DNA of 61,650 nt, the filler included, from Nemertoderma westbladi (lineage: Eukaryota > Animalia > Xenacoelomorpha), in NCBI GenBank assembly GCA_032718475.1. It is 2 parts of 2 records of this genome, joined end to end, with 100 filler letters (N's around TTAATTAATTAA, not from the genome) between each part and the next. Parts side by side here need not be neighbours in the genome. Positions count along the whole stretch, not along the records: positions 1 to 29,717 come from JAUCBJ010005096.1; 1 more part is not named here. One strand, written 5' to 3'. Of the stretch, positions 12,128 through 23,282 are shown in pieces. Below the pieces are notes generated by a model, which was given only the letters and a program-made list of their open reading frames with translations, had not been told where the DNA came from and ran no database searches. Every line of letters starts with the position of its first letter. Position 1 is the first letter of the stretch. A program made the position numbers and the translations under genes.

Positions 12128-13200
12128 CTCTATCGAATTGTTGGGGTAGATTGCGGTAGATTGTGGTAGGTTGGGGTAGATTGTGGTAGGTTGGGGTAGA
12201 TTGTGGTAGGTTGGGGTAATTAGTAGGACCGGTCCCTTCCGGCCAATGACTACTATACCGAGTACAGTAGTCCTTGCTTCCAGGCAATAGCAAAAAGTCC
12301 GAAATTCCACAAAATTTCTTAGATTACCGGTAGGCCTACTGAATTAGAGCCTCATGACTTACGGTTAGGCAGTAGGGAACATACCCTTAAATAAGCTCCA
12401 AGAGTGGGTTCTTATTTAAGGAAAATGGCTCTTATTTAGGGGTTTTTGGTCCTTTCTTGGATATTTTTTCGACACACAATATCCAAGAACTTGATTCAGG
12501 AAAAAATAACACATAATTTTATTTCACAATATAAAAGTTGGGTCTTACTTGAACATAATGCAATAAACCAGAAAACATTTCACCACCGATTTTTTTCTAC
12601 AAGCGGTTTAAATTGCATCAAAAATACGACCAATTCCTAAATAAGAGGGATTTTTTTTAATTTACTTTATTTAAGACATCGAAATCATAAATACTAAAAG
12701 TCCCTAAGTAAGAGCTTGTGACCTCGGTCAGTGGATTTCTTATTTAGGAATACAATTTCATTTCAAAATATGTACACTCCTTAAATAAATTAAATATTCC
12801 TCATATATTAAATAAATTAAATTAATTTAATTACATATTCCTTATATAAATGTATCTTATACATGTTATACCCAGCCCATTCTTCCTTCTGCCCTTATCT
12901 GCTTATGACAGTTATGACCTCCTAACAGCCTAATCTGGACAGGACATTGCAAGATAAGGGAGCTTCTGAGTTTAATCGGATAGGTGCAAAAGTGCACAAC
13001 GAGCAACAATGACCAAGAATAAGAAACAATGAGTAACAAAACAACGAGCAAAAATGAGCAACAACGAGTAACATTGAGCAACAATGAGAAACAATGAGCA
13101 ATAACGAGCAACAATGATCAATAATAAAGTACAGCAACGAGCAACAATGAGCAATAATGAGAAACAACGACTGAACGAGCAACAACGAGTAACAATGAGC

Positions 13201-13246
13201 ACTACTAGGATCGGCATGCTGCATTGCAGCTGCATTTTAAGAATGC
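13201..13246 (-). mobile_element. Tail-only insertion of an RTE-like LINE
   Basis: ACTACTAGGATCGGCATGCTGCATTGCAGCTGCATTTTAAGAATGC matches the LINE 3' end at 50214 and the copy at 38279. Confidence 0.75.
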
Positions 13247-13988
13247 ATGAACAATGAGCAACAACGAGTAACAATGAGGAACAATGAGCAACAACGAGAA
13301 ACAATGGCCAACAACGAGCAACAATGAGCAATAATAAAGTACAGCGAGCAACAATGAGCAACAATGATCAATAATAAAGTACAACAACGAGCAACAATGA
13401 GCAATAATGAGGAACAACGACTGAACGAGCAACAATGAGCAACAACGAGTAACAATGAGCAACAACGAGTAACAATGAGCAACAATCAGACAATGAGCAA
13501 TAATGAGGAATAATGAGCAACAACGAGAAACAATGACCAACAACGAGCAACAATGAGCAATAATAAAGTACAACGAGCAACAATGATCAATAATAATGTA
13601 CAACAACGAGCAACAACGAGCAATAATGAGGAACAACGACTGAACGAGCAACAATGAGTAACAATGAGCAATAATGAGGAACAATGAGCAACAACGAGAA
13701 ACAATGACCAACAACGAGCAAGAATGAGCAATAATAAAGTACAACGAGCAACAATGATCAATAATAAAGTACAACAACGACAGAACGAGCAATAATGGGG
13801 AACAACGACTGAATGAGCAACGACGAGTAAAACGAGCAACAATGAGCAATAATAAAGAACACCAACGAGCAACAATGAGCAACAACTGAACAACGAGAAA
13901 CAATGAGAAACAATGCAGCAATGAGCAAGCAACAATGAGGAACAACGATTGAATGAGCAATACTGCAATAATAAAGACCAACAACGAG

Positions 13989-14854
13989 GGGTCCTACTGT
14001 CCTACGAATTACCCAAAAAAACACAATATTACCCAAAAAAACACAAAATTACACAAAAAACAAAATATTACCCAAAAAAACTATTCAAAATTTTTTTCAT
14101 AAACAATCTGACAATGTATCTACTATATGTTTAGGTTAACTGTAAGACTAAGAAGAGTTTCACCTTTCAGTTTTAAATTTTCACTTTTTTCAAAATATTA
14201 CATTTTGTTAATTTAAAGATTCATTTAGGCCTAGGCCTAATCTGTTAATGACCTACTGCCAACGGCAGACCGGTAGGCCTACCCAGACTGCCAGACAGCA
14301 TACGAAATCAGATTTCTTAATTAATGGAAAGGACAGACTAACAGAAGGAGCAGGTTACAGTACAGCAGTAGCAGGCTTTTCTAACCAAAACAATAAACGA
14401 TAACCAAAAGAACACAGCAGCACAGGCTGACAGGAGCTACAGTCTTATTTTTGCAACCGGCTAACAGGCTAATGGTTGGCCTACCTCTGTCTGTACAGCT
14501 GTACCTACAGTACAGACCTACGGCTGTACAGTTTTAGTTTATACCCGGCAGCCCGGTAGGGCGCAGTAGGCAGGTAGGCCTGCCTTTTTATAGGATAGCC
14601 TATAAATTCAAAATTATTTTCGTCTTTTTGGGTAAGTTTTTTGCGTAATATGGTAATATTGTGTTTTTTTGTGTTTTAGGCCTATTGTCAATTGTGTTTA
14701 TGTGTTTTTTTGGGTAAATTTTTGTGTTTTTTGTAGGCCTAGTTTTATTGTGTAGCCTATTTTTTTTATTTTATATTTTAATTTTATAGGCCTAGTCAGA
14801 TAGTAGTGTATTTTTGGGTAATTTTGTATTTTTTTTGGGTAATTCGTAGGACCG
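13989..14854. mobile_element. Short foldback/MULE-like element related to 7750-12231
   Basis: Termini GGGTCCTAC...GTAGGACCG, inverted GAATTACCCAAAAAAA arms, flanking direct repeat ACAACGAG. Confidence 0.72.
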
Positions 14855-15704
14855 ACAACGAGCAACAGTGAGAAACAACGAGCAATAATAAAGTAGCAGT
14901 CAGCCAGTTGCCAGTACAACAGTGAACAACAACAAGCAACAATCCAGCAATCTGACAATGACTGAATGAGGAACAATGACTGAAAGAGCAATAATAAAGT
15001 ACAACAACTGAACAACGAGCAACAACAAGCTGACAAGCAACAATGAGCAGGAGCACCAACAAGCAACAATGAGCAACAACGAGAAACAATGAGCAATAAT
15101 GAACAACGGGCAACAATGCAGCAATGACAGAATGAGCAACAACTGCTGAACTGACTGACAGACTGGTATAATTTCAAGTAGAGTGGCTGGACATGGCCTA
15201 CTTTTCTTTTTGCTACTAATTTTGCTACTCTGTCTGTACATGACAGCCATTTCCGCGCCAGGGTCCACAATGCGCGAGCGCGACACACGCCCCTGTCAGC
15301 CTGTTCCTTCGCGCCAGGATCTTAAATGCGCGCCACACTGCAGTATTACTGTATTACAGTATTAACTGATTAGGCCTACAGGATTACAGGGTTAGGCTGC
15401 TAAATAACAGAAAATACCGGTACGGCTATAGGCCTATATGAAATAGGACATTTTTTAGTTCCACGTTGCGAGACTTCTAGTAGTCACTCTGTTGTCGGTG
15501 TTGTTGTTGTTGTTGGTGGTGTTGTTGTTAATTTCTCGTTAGGTTTTGGTATTAAGGATTGATGCGGCCCCAGTGGCTCAGTTGGCAGAGCGTGGGACTT
15601 GGAATCTCAAGGTACCGAGTTCAATCCCCCATTCCATTGAATCTTTTTTGTTGTAAGATCTGAAGATTGGTAGTGAGCCATTCAAGGAGACAGTTCATGC
15701 GTTA

Positions 15705-17242
15705 AGGCCCGTTTCCGCGCTGCTTTTTTTATGTGCGGTATTCTGAGCTTTTTTGGGCTGTTTTTTAGCTTTTTTCTGAGCTTTTTTCTAGCTTTTTTGA
15801 GCTTTTTTAAAGCTTTTTTTTACCTTTTTGTCAGTTAAAATGAAGATATAATATGAATGTTCTAGAATTAGATAATTATGATATTCGACCCAGATTTGTT
15901 TGAGCTGTTTTCAAGCTTTTTTTGAGCTTCTTTTGAGCCTTTTTCAAGCTTTTTTGAGCTTTTTTTTTCAAGCTTTATTGTAAGCTTTTTTTGGAGCTTT
16001 ATACAATATTTTAGGTTTTAACATTCCAAAATTCTTCGCAAGGCGATTGCCTTTCTCCGACGAATTTCATCCTGTACATTGCCGACCTCGTATCTGCCCT
16101 GCGGCGCGCAATCCAGTTTCTGAAAAGTATATTTTATGCCGATGATCTTGCTTTTTACTCTACCAACCCTAGGGATATTCAAGACGGTCTTAACAACCTT
16201 TACAAATGGTGCTGTGAAAACTCTCTACAAGTCAACCTAATAAAAACAAAGATTGTTAAGTTTAGGAAGGGTGGCCGGCTTGCTCTGTATGACAAATTCT
16301 TTTACAGTGGGGAGGCTGTAACAATCTGTGACCATTACGAGTATCTGGGACTCACCCTACAACCAACTTTGACGTTCACAAAACACATTAAAGCAAAAAA
16401 GGAAAAGGCATATTCCGCCATTGGCTCTCTTAAAAACCTGCATCTAGTTTCTGTACAAACCGGAATGATAATATTTCAAATGAAGATTTTCCCAATGACA
16501 ACGTACGCAATATCCGAGTTTGGTCCCCTGCTTACACTGCCCCAACTAAAGGAAATCGACAAAATAAAATCTACATTTATAAAACGGTTACTCGGCCTAC
16601 ACATCTCCTCATCCTCCACGCTCGCTTTGAAATTAATCAACGAAGAAACCATACTGTAACTAATGACATTGTTCTTAAATTCCCAGGCATATTTAACTCC
16701 GCAATTCTAGAACAGTACAACACTTTCAGAAACGATGGCAATGCAAATTTCAATGCAGAACAATACCAGCTGGGCCCTGCGTTCCAATCATCTAGCTGGA
16801 AACGCAGCGGCCAACGACACCGTCACCTAGCAACAAGAACCCCATCACACGGGTTTCATTTCAAGCTGTGTGAAAATAAATCCTACCACGATCAATGTAT
16901 TGACTGTATATGTCGTTTCTGTCTGCAACCCGCAAAGAACCGATACCATGCCCTAGTCTGCGACAAATTCCCAACAATATCCACCTTATCCTCTCAATAA
17001 CTAATTACTTTAGACCATATATTAATATTTTAATAATTTATAAATTTTAGATTCTGTGCAATTTAATATGTAATTACTGTACTTAGGTTTTTACCATTTA
17101 CCCCGACTGGGGGGTGTCCAGATTAATTAATAAAACATTCCAAAATTATCAGATTCATCTTGAAGCAATGAATTTCTAGAAATTGTTTTAACTACAAAAA
17201 GATTGAAATAAAGCTAAAAAAAAGCAGGGCGGAAACGGGCCT
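15705..17242. mobile_element. PIF/Harbinger (Tourist-like) MITE containing a LINE insertion
   Basis: TIR AGGCCCGTTTCCGC, TTA TSD, second copy at 22998-23256. Confidence 0.85.
16034..17133 (+). mobile_element. 5'-truncated CR1/L2-group LINE (RT C-terminal half)
   Basis: Translates SQGDCLSP...FYADDL...VNLIKTKIVKFRKGGRL; 14-bp TSD AACATTCCAAAATT (16020-16033 / 17134-17147). Confidence 0.88.
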
Positions 17243-17280
17243 TTAGTAGACGCGGACCTTTGCGCGATTTCGCGCTTGTT

Positions 17281-18123
17281 TTATTCAGGTTAGTCTTTAT
17301 CCCAATAAGGGTCATGGCAATACATACATACGTAATGAACAGTAATTATACCTACAGTATAAATGTTTAAGAGTTTACGGCCAACCAATAAAGCATAGGT
17401 ACTAAATACAGATACACAATACAATGAGAACCAGATCTAAACAGAATTACCTACTGTAAAACAAAGCAAATTGAATAATAAAATAAAATAAGTGACATGA
17501 GAAGGAAGTTGGGCCGCACTCGTTACGAGTAGTTGGATTAGGAATTTGGGTTATTTAGAACTTCGTATTAATTTAGAACTTCGTATTAATTTAGAACTTC
17601 GTATTAATTTAGAACTTCGTATTAATTTAGAACTTCGTATTAATTTAGAACTTCGTATTAATTTAGAACTTCGTATTAATTTAGAACTTCGTATTAATTT
17701 AGAACTTCGTATTAATTTAGAACTTCGTATTAATTTAGAACTTCGTATTAATTTAGAACTTCGTATTAATTTAGAACTTCGTATTAATTTAGAACTTCGT
17801 ATTAATTTAGAACTTCGTATTAATTTAGAACTTCGTATTAATTTAGAACTTCGTATTAATTTAGAAGTTCGTATTAATTTAGAAGTTCGTATCGTATGCC
17901 GTATTGAGTAATTCTACTAAAAGGTTATTAGTTGTTCTGTCATCACATTTCATTAGGCTATAGAAATTCTTATTATCGTCTAAATTATTTAAAAGTAAAT
18001 TCGTCGTAGTATCTAAGCTTGAAAATAGTTTTCTCGCAGATTAAAAAATTTGGGACACCTAATTATAATGTGTTTCTCGTCCTCTATTGATTCATCACTA
18101 TAAAATCGACACAATCTACTTTC
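17281..18123 (-). mobile_element. Decayed LINE 3' end (ORF2 C-terminal CCHC region plus 3' UTR)
   Basis: Minus strand reads RLCRFYSDESIEDEKHIIIRCPKFFNLRENYF...FYSLMKCDD...LLNTAYD with internal stops, ending near AATAAA. Confidence 0.65.
17554..17892. repeat. 18-bp minisatellite, about 19 copies
   Basis: TTTAGAACTTCGTATTAA, near-perfect repeats. Confidence 0.97.
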
Positions 18124-18170
18124 CAGGGGTGGGGGGGGGGGGGGGGGGGGGTTATCATAACGATCTGTCT

Positions 18171-18454
18171 CGGCCCATGTGAAGAATACCAGACTTTCTG
18201 CCGTTATATTTCACTTTGCAGTTACCCCCATGTGAAGAATACCAGGTTTTCGCCAAAAACACAGGTTACAGAAGGGCTGAATCCAACCAAAACAATAAAC
18301 GAATTAGTATATGTACAGGTTATAAGACAGAAATAAGCGCTATAAAACACTTAATAAAGATAAATTTAAAAAATTTAAAAATCGTCATATATATATAAAA
18401 TTCCAATAAAAAGTCGACCGAAAAGTGAAATCCTGGTATTCTTCATATGGGCGC
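18171..18454. mobile_element. Small MITE-like element
   Basis: Inverted GCCCATGTGAAGAATACCA / TGGTATTCTTCATATGGGC, flanking CTGTCT direct repeat. Confidence 0.55.
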
Positions 18455-18601
18455 CTGTCTATCTTAAAGTTGTGATGCTGATTCTTAACCGTGTTAATAT
18501 TTGGCGAGTTCTAAATATGATAGATGAATAATCGGTGGGTAACAAATCCAAAATGAGGTGAATCATAATTGTAATCTTTACTGTGATTAATAAAATAATG
18601 T

Positions 18602-19611
18602 TCACTGGCATACATTTAACTCCAGTCTACCCTCATACAATCTGCACACCAGCCCCACCAGATCACGTTTCGCCTGGTTAGCCAATTCCTTAGAATATCG
18701 TCCGTTTATTGTAATCCAAGGCACCCCGCTGTGATGTGGGTTTAGGTTTCTAGTTTGCGACGCCATCTCGTGTTGATATTTGGTACCTTCTGATGAAGTT
18801 GTGCATTGCTGTAAGATAAACAGAACAATTTTCATAATTATTAGAATATTAATATTCTTTCATTATCCACTAATTTAGTCAAAGATGGAAGATATTATAA
18901 ATGTTAATTTACATAATGGTGTGATGACGATATAACTACAATAGGCCGTCCCATTCTCTCGGTCAGCATTCAGTTATACACTTAGGCCTCTACCATACCA
19001 TGCGATATCGTATTACCTGTATTGTATTGTAGTCCACCACTGGTTCTGTGCACCTCCTAGCGGCTTCATTGGGGTTCTTCGATAACTCCATGCAATAAAT
19101 TATTGGGATATTAATAGATGGAGGAGTTTTATGTATCAAACACGCCTAAAGGTACAATAAATACGAATGTTTTAAATAAATAATAGATGAAAAGGTTCAA
19201 TATACAGTAAGTAGTAATATATTTGTTTAAATCGTAAGTTAGATAATTCTGGATAATCCTTGTATGTGTCACGTTTTGGAATCTTTGTATAAACTTTACC
19301 TGGAACAAATTGGCTTCGCATTCATTAGCGCCGTGTTGGCAGGTGCAAATAGACGGGTCTGATTCATCCTCATTCGCGTTCCCATAGGGATATAGGTCAA
19401 TCTGTAGCGCCTCCTGCGGCAGACTGTTGAATGCGGTCCACAGCTGACCAGTTATAAACCTTTTGCTGTAAGGACACAAGGTTTCGTAGTAGACACTAAC
19501 TAGCACTGGTTCGGTAGAAAAGGAGTCAATCAAACTCACAGATGATTGACCTTTAATAAAGGTTATTAGTGTTACTAATAGCAAATAGGGCGTAAACATT
19601 GTATTACACAT
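18602..19611 (-). CDS. IFI30: GILT-like lysosomal thiol reductase, 3 exons (19611-19300, 19145-19017, 18808-18602), about 215 aa
   Basis: Signal-peptide-like N-terminus, YYETLCPYS active site (CXXS), signature CQHGANECEANLFQ|AC completed across a GT-AG intron, VPWITING. Both introns are phase 0. Confidence 0.9.
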
Positions 19612-20578
19612 GTTCTTCAAATTGTTATAATTATCTTACATATGTAAATAAAATTATTGCGCTGCCCGAGCGAGGTCAATTATATGTATCGTTGGTAGAA
19701 ACGGATTGGGAGGAGGAGGGGAGGGGGGGGGGGGGGGTGAATTTGAGTCTCAATGTGAAGATTTCAATTGAATGAAAGCAGCAGGTTGGTTACAGTGGTA
19801 CGGTATTCAACCGACAATAAAAACCTGTAAACTAAAGTAACAGTTTTAAGAGAGAACATTTAACTAATTTTTACAGTTTATTTTTTTTATAATCAGCTGT
19901 AATTTGCGTCGATTTTCCCCTGGGGTGGGATGAATTTTGATTGCGTCTAGAGCCCCCCCGGTCGGTAATAAATACACTTTTTAGGAATAATAATTTATTA
20001 ACAAAACAATTCAAAATCGAATTTATTATAAAACTTTTAAGTTAACAGTTCGCATTGCAACTAACACTATTACCATCAATTACTGTTTTAAATTGAGTTC
20101 TTCTAAGGTTTATAGTTACCCATTCCATTAAACCATTTGTTACTTTGTGCTCTAATGGGCCAACGAGATCTATAGCCTCATTAAAACCACATCTTATACT
20201 AATTGGAACTCAAAGCGTAATCGTTATAGCAAATCGATAAACCATTGAATATTTATTGCAAACTAATAAATGTACTTTAATAGCTCTCTGCTGCTCCCTA
20301 ATACTTTACTTACTAGACCAAGCGGCTGCTGATTTTAGTATTCAGTAAGTACAGTAGATAGGTCATCTGTACTTATATATTGATACAACATGCTCACCAA
20401 CAAACGGGTACTAGTTCCCACGGTCCCCTACTTTGACTGAAATAACTCTTTGCCTCAAATTAACAGAATCGACAATTTTTAATTGAAAGTATTTAATTTT
20501 TATGGAAATTAAATTAATAATAAATTTAAACGCCGCTTTACGAAACCGCCACATAAATACAGAGTTATTAGTTGATAA

Positions 20579-22675
20579 TTAATCCTCATCAGGACTACAG
20601 TCCAAGGGTCCTGTATATTCATTGCATATAAGGTTTATTAAGTTTGTAGCACTCTGTTCCTTTATTATGGCGTTATATTTACCATTAATCGTCACACGAG
20701 GTACCCAAGAAAGTGGATTCTCTTCTCTCATTGTTAGTTGCGCCATCTCGTGGCTGAACTGCGCACCATCGTTGCCATTTTGACAATTCTAAAAAGCAAT
20801 ATGTGTGTAAATTATGTAGGCCTATGTATTGTGACTAATTTGGTACACATGTAGTATTTAGAAACAATACACACAGTTAGACCTCTTTAGTTCCTCTGTC
20901 GGCCGCTAGGAGGAGTGACAGCTGCGTAACGGCTCATATACACTCCGTGCTACGCGAAGCCCTCTCGTTTGTTCACCCACACTATGTGCCCCACCTAAAT
21001 GCTTCTCAAGGTAACCAATCCCAGGCGTTCAGGCTGACATACTGTAAGTCGTAAGTCGGAACCACACTAACTAACCACAGTAAAATTAGTGGACCTGGTC
21101 ATTTCCCCTAGCGACCGACAGAGAATCTATCTGCGCTCACTACTACTACTACTACTAGTTCGAGCGAACTCCGACACTGGAAATGAGATCCTTCCAGGTT
21201 TCCCGATTCTCCAACTACTACTACTAGTTCGAGCGAACTCCGACACTGGAAATGAGATCCTTACAGGTTTCCCGATTCTCCAACTACTACTACTAGTTCG
21301 AGCGAACTCCGACACTGGAAATGAGATCCTTACAGGTTTCCCGATTCTCCAACTACTACTACTAGGTCGAGCGAACTCGGACAGTGGAAATGAGATCCTT
21401 ACAGGTTTCCCGATTCTCCAACTACTACTACTAGGTCGAGCGAACTCGGACAGTGGAAATGAGATCCTTCCAGGCTTCCCGATTCTCCAACTACTACTAC
21501 TAGGTCGAGCGAACTCGGACAGTGGAAATGAGATCCTTACAGGTTTCCCGATTCTCCAACTACTACTACTAGGTCGAGCGAACTCGGACAGTGGAAATGA
21601 GATCCTTCCAGGCTTCCCGATTCTCCTACCACTACTACTAGGTCGAGCGAACTCGGACAGTGGAAATGAGATCCTTCCAGGCTTCCCGATTCTCCAACTA
21701 CTATTAGGTCGAGCGAACTCGGACAGTGGAAATGAGATCCTTCCAGGCTTCCCGATTCTCCTACCACTACTAGGTCGAGCGAACTCGGACAGTGGAAATG
21801 AGATCCTTCCAGGCTTCCCGATTCTCCAACTACTACTACTAGGTTGAGCGAACTCGGACAGTGGAAATGAGATCCTTCCAGGCTTCCCGATTCTCCAACT
21901 ACTACTACTAGGTTGAGCGAACTCGGACAGTGGAAATGAGATCCTTCCAGGCTTCCCGATTCTCCATAGTTGTCGCAATTTCGTTTCTCCCAAGTCCAGT
22001 ATCTCTTTCAAGTTGATCTACATGTATATATGTTATGGCCGGTCGTCCACGACTACGCTTTCCATGGGTTGGTTGCCAGAAAAGTAGATCTGATATGACC
22101 TCGTCTTTACTTCGCCAGCAGTGCCCACTGAATCTTAATCTGCGTTCACGGAGGGTGGTTAATACAGGTGGTATTGTACCATAAAGCTCGGCGTTTGTCA
22201 TGTGTTGTCTCCAGCTGATGTGGGCTGCCCAGTAGACTTGTGTAACAACAACCATCAATTCGGTGTTCAAGTGATTTCGTCAATGTCCAGATCTCACCCC
22301 GTATTGTGTTTAGTTTATTGGTATTGGTGTTTAGGTTGGTCAAAATAACGTAAAACTTTTAAAAAACGTTAAAAAAACGTGCCACTGTAACCTGCTCACA
22401 CAGTTTTTTGTTCTGCTATGCAAATAGAAAGTCTGAAGTTGTGAAAGTACAGTCAATTAATACTCATCTTATCTCGTGTGATTACTTTTGACTTATTTGT
22501 CTGAATGTGATTATTAATTAATTGTATGACCATGACCTACCTCTATTCTAGGAAACTCTGATCCCATATTTTGCTCCTGTAAACATTGTTCCCCATTTCC
22601 ATTCGTTCCTGATGCTTCCATACAGAATATTACTGGTAACGCTACCGTTTTTGGTAGCAAGTTTAACAAACAGGC
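20579..22675 (-). CDS. Second GILT-like paralog, exons 2-3 only (22675-22541, 20788-20579)
   Basis: Exon 2 reads ACLLNLLPKTVALPVIFCMEASG...FPRIE; exon 3 reads NCQNGNDGAQFSHEMAQLT...WVPRVTINGKY...LICNEYTG...stop. Canonical phase-0 splice sites at the same positions as the first gene; exon 1 not found. Confidence 0.82.
21140..21966 (-). repeat. 12 tandem copies of a 66-69-bp unit
   Basis: Unit is the last ORF2 codons plus the (TAG)n tail. Confidence 0.95.
21140..22305 (-). mobile_element. RTE-like LINE 3' fragment whose terminal 69 bp is reiterated
   Basis: IWTLTKSL...ISWRQHMTNAELYG...RERRLRFSGHCWR...RGRP...NREAWKDLISTVRVRST-stop, followed by (TAG)n. Confidence 0.85.
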
Positions 22676-22997
22676 CTGTTGGTAAACAATTGTATTAATT
22701 TAATATTAATTATTATTAAAATTTGAAACAGAAAGTTTCACCCCCCCCCCCCCCTCCCCCTCCGTGAGTGATCCAGAATATTTATTTTTACTTTCAATGC
22801 AGACAAGCGTTTGAAAAGTGTCTCCGGCGTTATTGCACCAGTTCCACCGCAGTTATTCTTCAAACTTATAGTGATTTGTTTGAACTTTTAAAAAACTGGC
22901 CATGCAAGGCTTCCAAATATGAAAATATATTTGAATGATTGGAATTCGAATGTTGTATGATGTATTTGCATCCGCTACATGACATTTGTTCGGTTTA

Positions 22998-23256
22998 AGG
23001 CCCGTTTCCGCGCTACTTTTTTATGTGAGGTATTCTGAGCTTTTTTTGAGCTGTTTTTCTAGCTTTTTTTCTAGCTTTTTTTTTAGCTTTTCTTCAAGCT
23101 TTTTTTTTGAACTTTTTTTCAAGCTTTTTTTGGAGCTTTATTCTATATTTTAGGTTTTAGCATTCGAAAATTCTCAGAATCATCTTGAAGCAATGAATTT
23201 CTAGAAATTGATTTAACGAAAAAAAGCTTGAAATAAAGCAACGCAGAAACGGGCCT
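22998..23256. mobile_element. PIF/Harbinger MITE, second copy
   Basis: Same TIR, TTA TSD (22995-22997 / 23257-23259). Confidence 0.85.
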
Positions 23257-23282
23257 TTAAGGCAATGTTACAGTTGCCCAGC

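Larger units (their letters stand above)
7750..12231. mobile_element. Foldback (FB/MULE-like) element with long modular inverted arms
   Basis: Termini GGGTCCTACTAATTACC...GGTAATTAGTAGGACCG, TSD GTCCCTTCC (7741-7749 / 12232-12240). Arms are built of 10-bp then 89-bp tandem units around a ~1-kb loop with no recognisable coding sequence. Confidence 0.88.
12995..15145. repeat. Degenerate AACAATGAGC/AACAACGAGC 10-mer low-complexity array
   Basis: Visible periodic 10-mers, interrupted by insertions at 13201 and 13989. Confidence 0.85.
15565..17280 (+). mobile_element. tRNA-derived SINE split by a MITE
   Basis: A box TGGCTCAGTTGG and B box GAGTTCAATCC. The body resumes at 17246 and matches the uninterrupted copy at 34590-34750. 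Confidence 0.8.

Noticed and set aside
7616-15365. Many short ORFs in the 89-bp and 10-mer arrays
   Set aside because: Translations of tandem repeats
17554-17892. loxP-like sites (AACTTCGTAT)
   Set aside because: Only a 10-bp match to one arm, in direct repeats, with no inverted arm or spacer
20888-21129. MITE with ~28-bp imperfect inverted ends
   Set aside because: Inverted repeat is visible, but there is no convincing TSD or second copy
21089-22011. 252-aa and 294-aa repeat proteins
   Set aside because: Open only because the units are multiples of 3; the LINE sense frame has a stop in each unit
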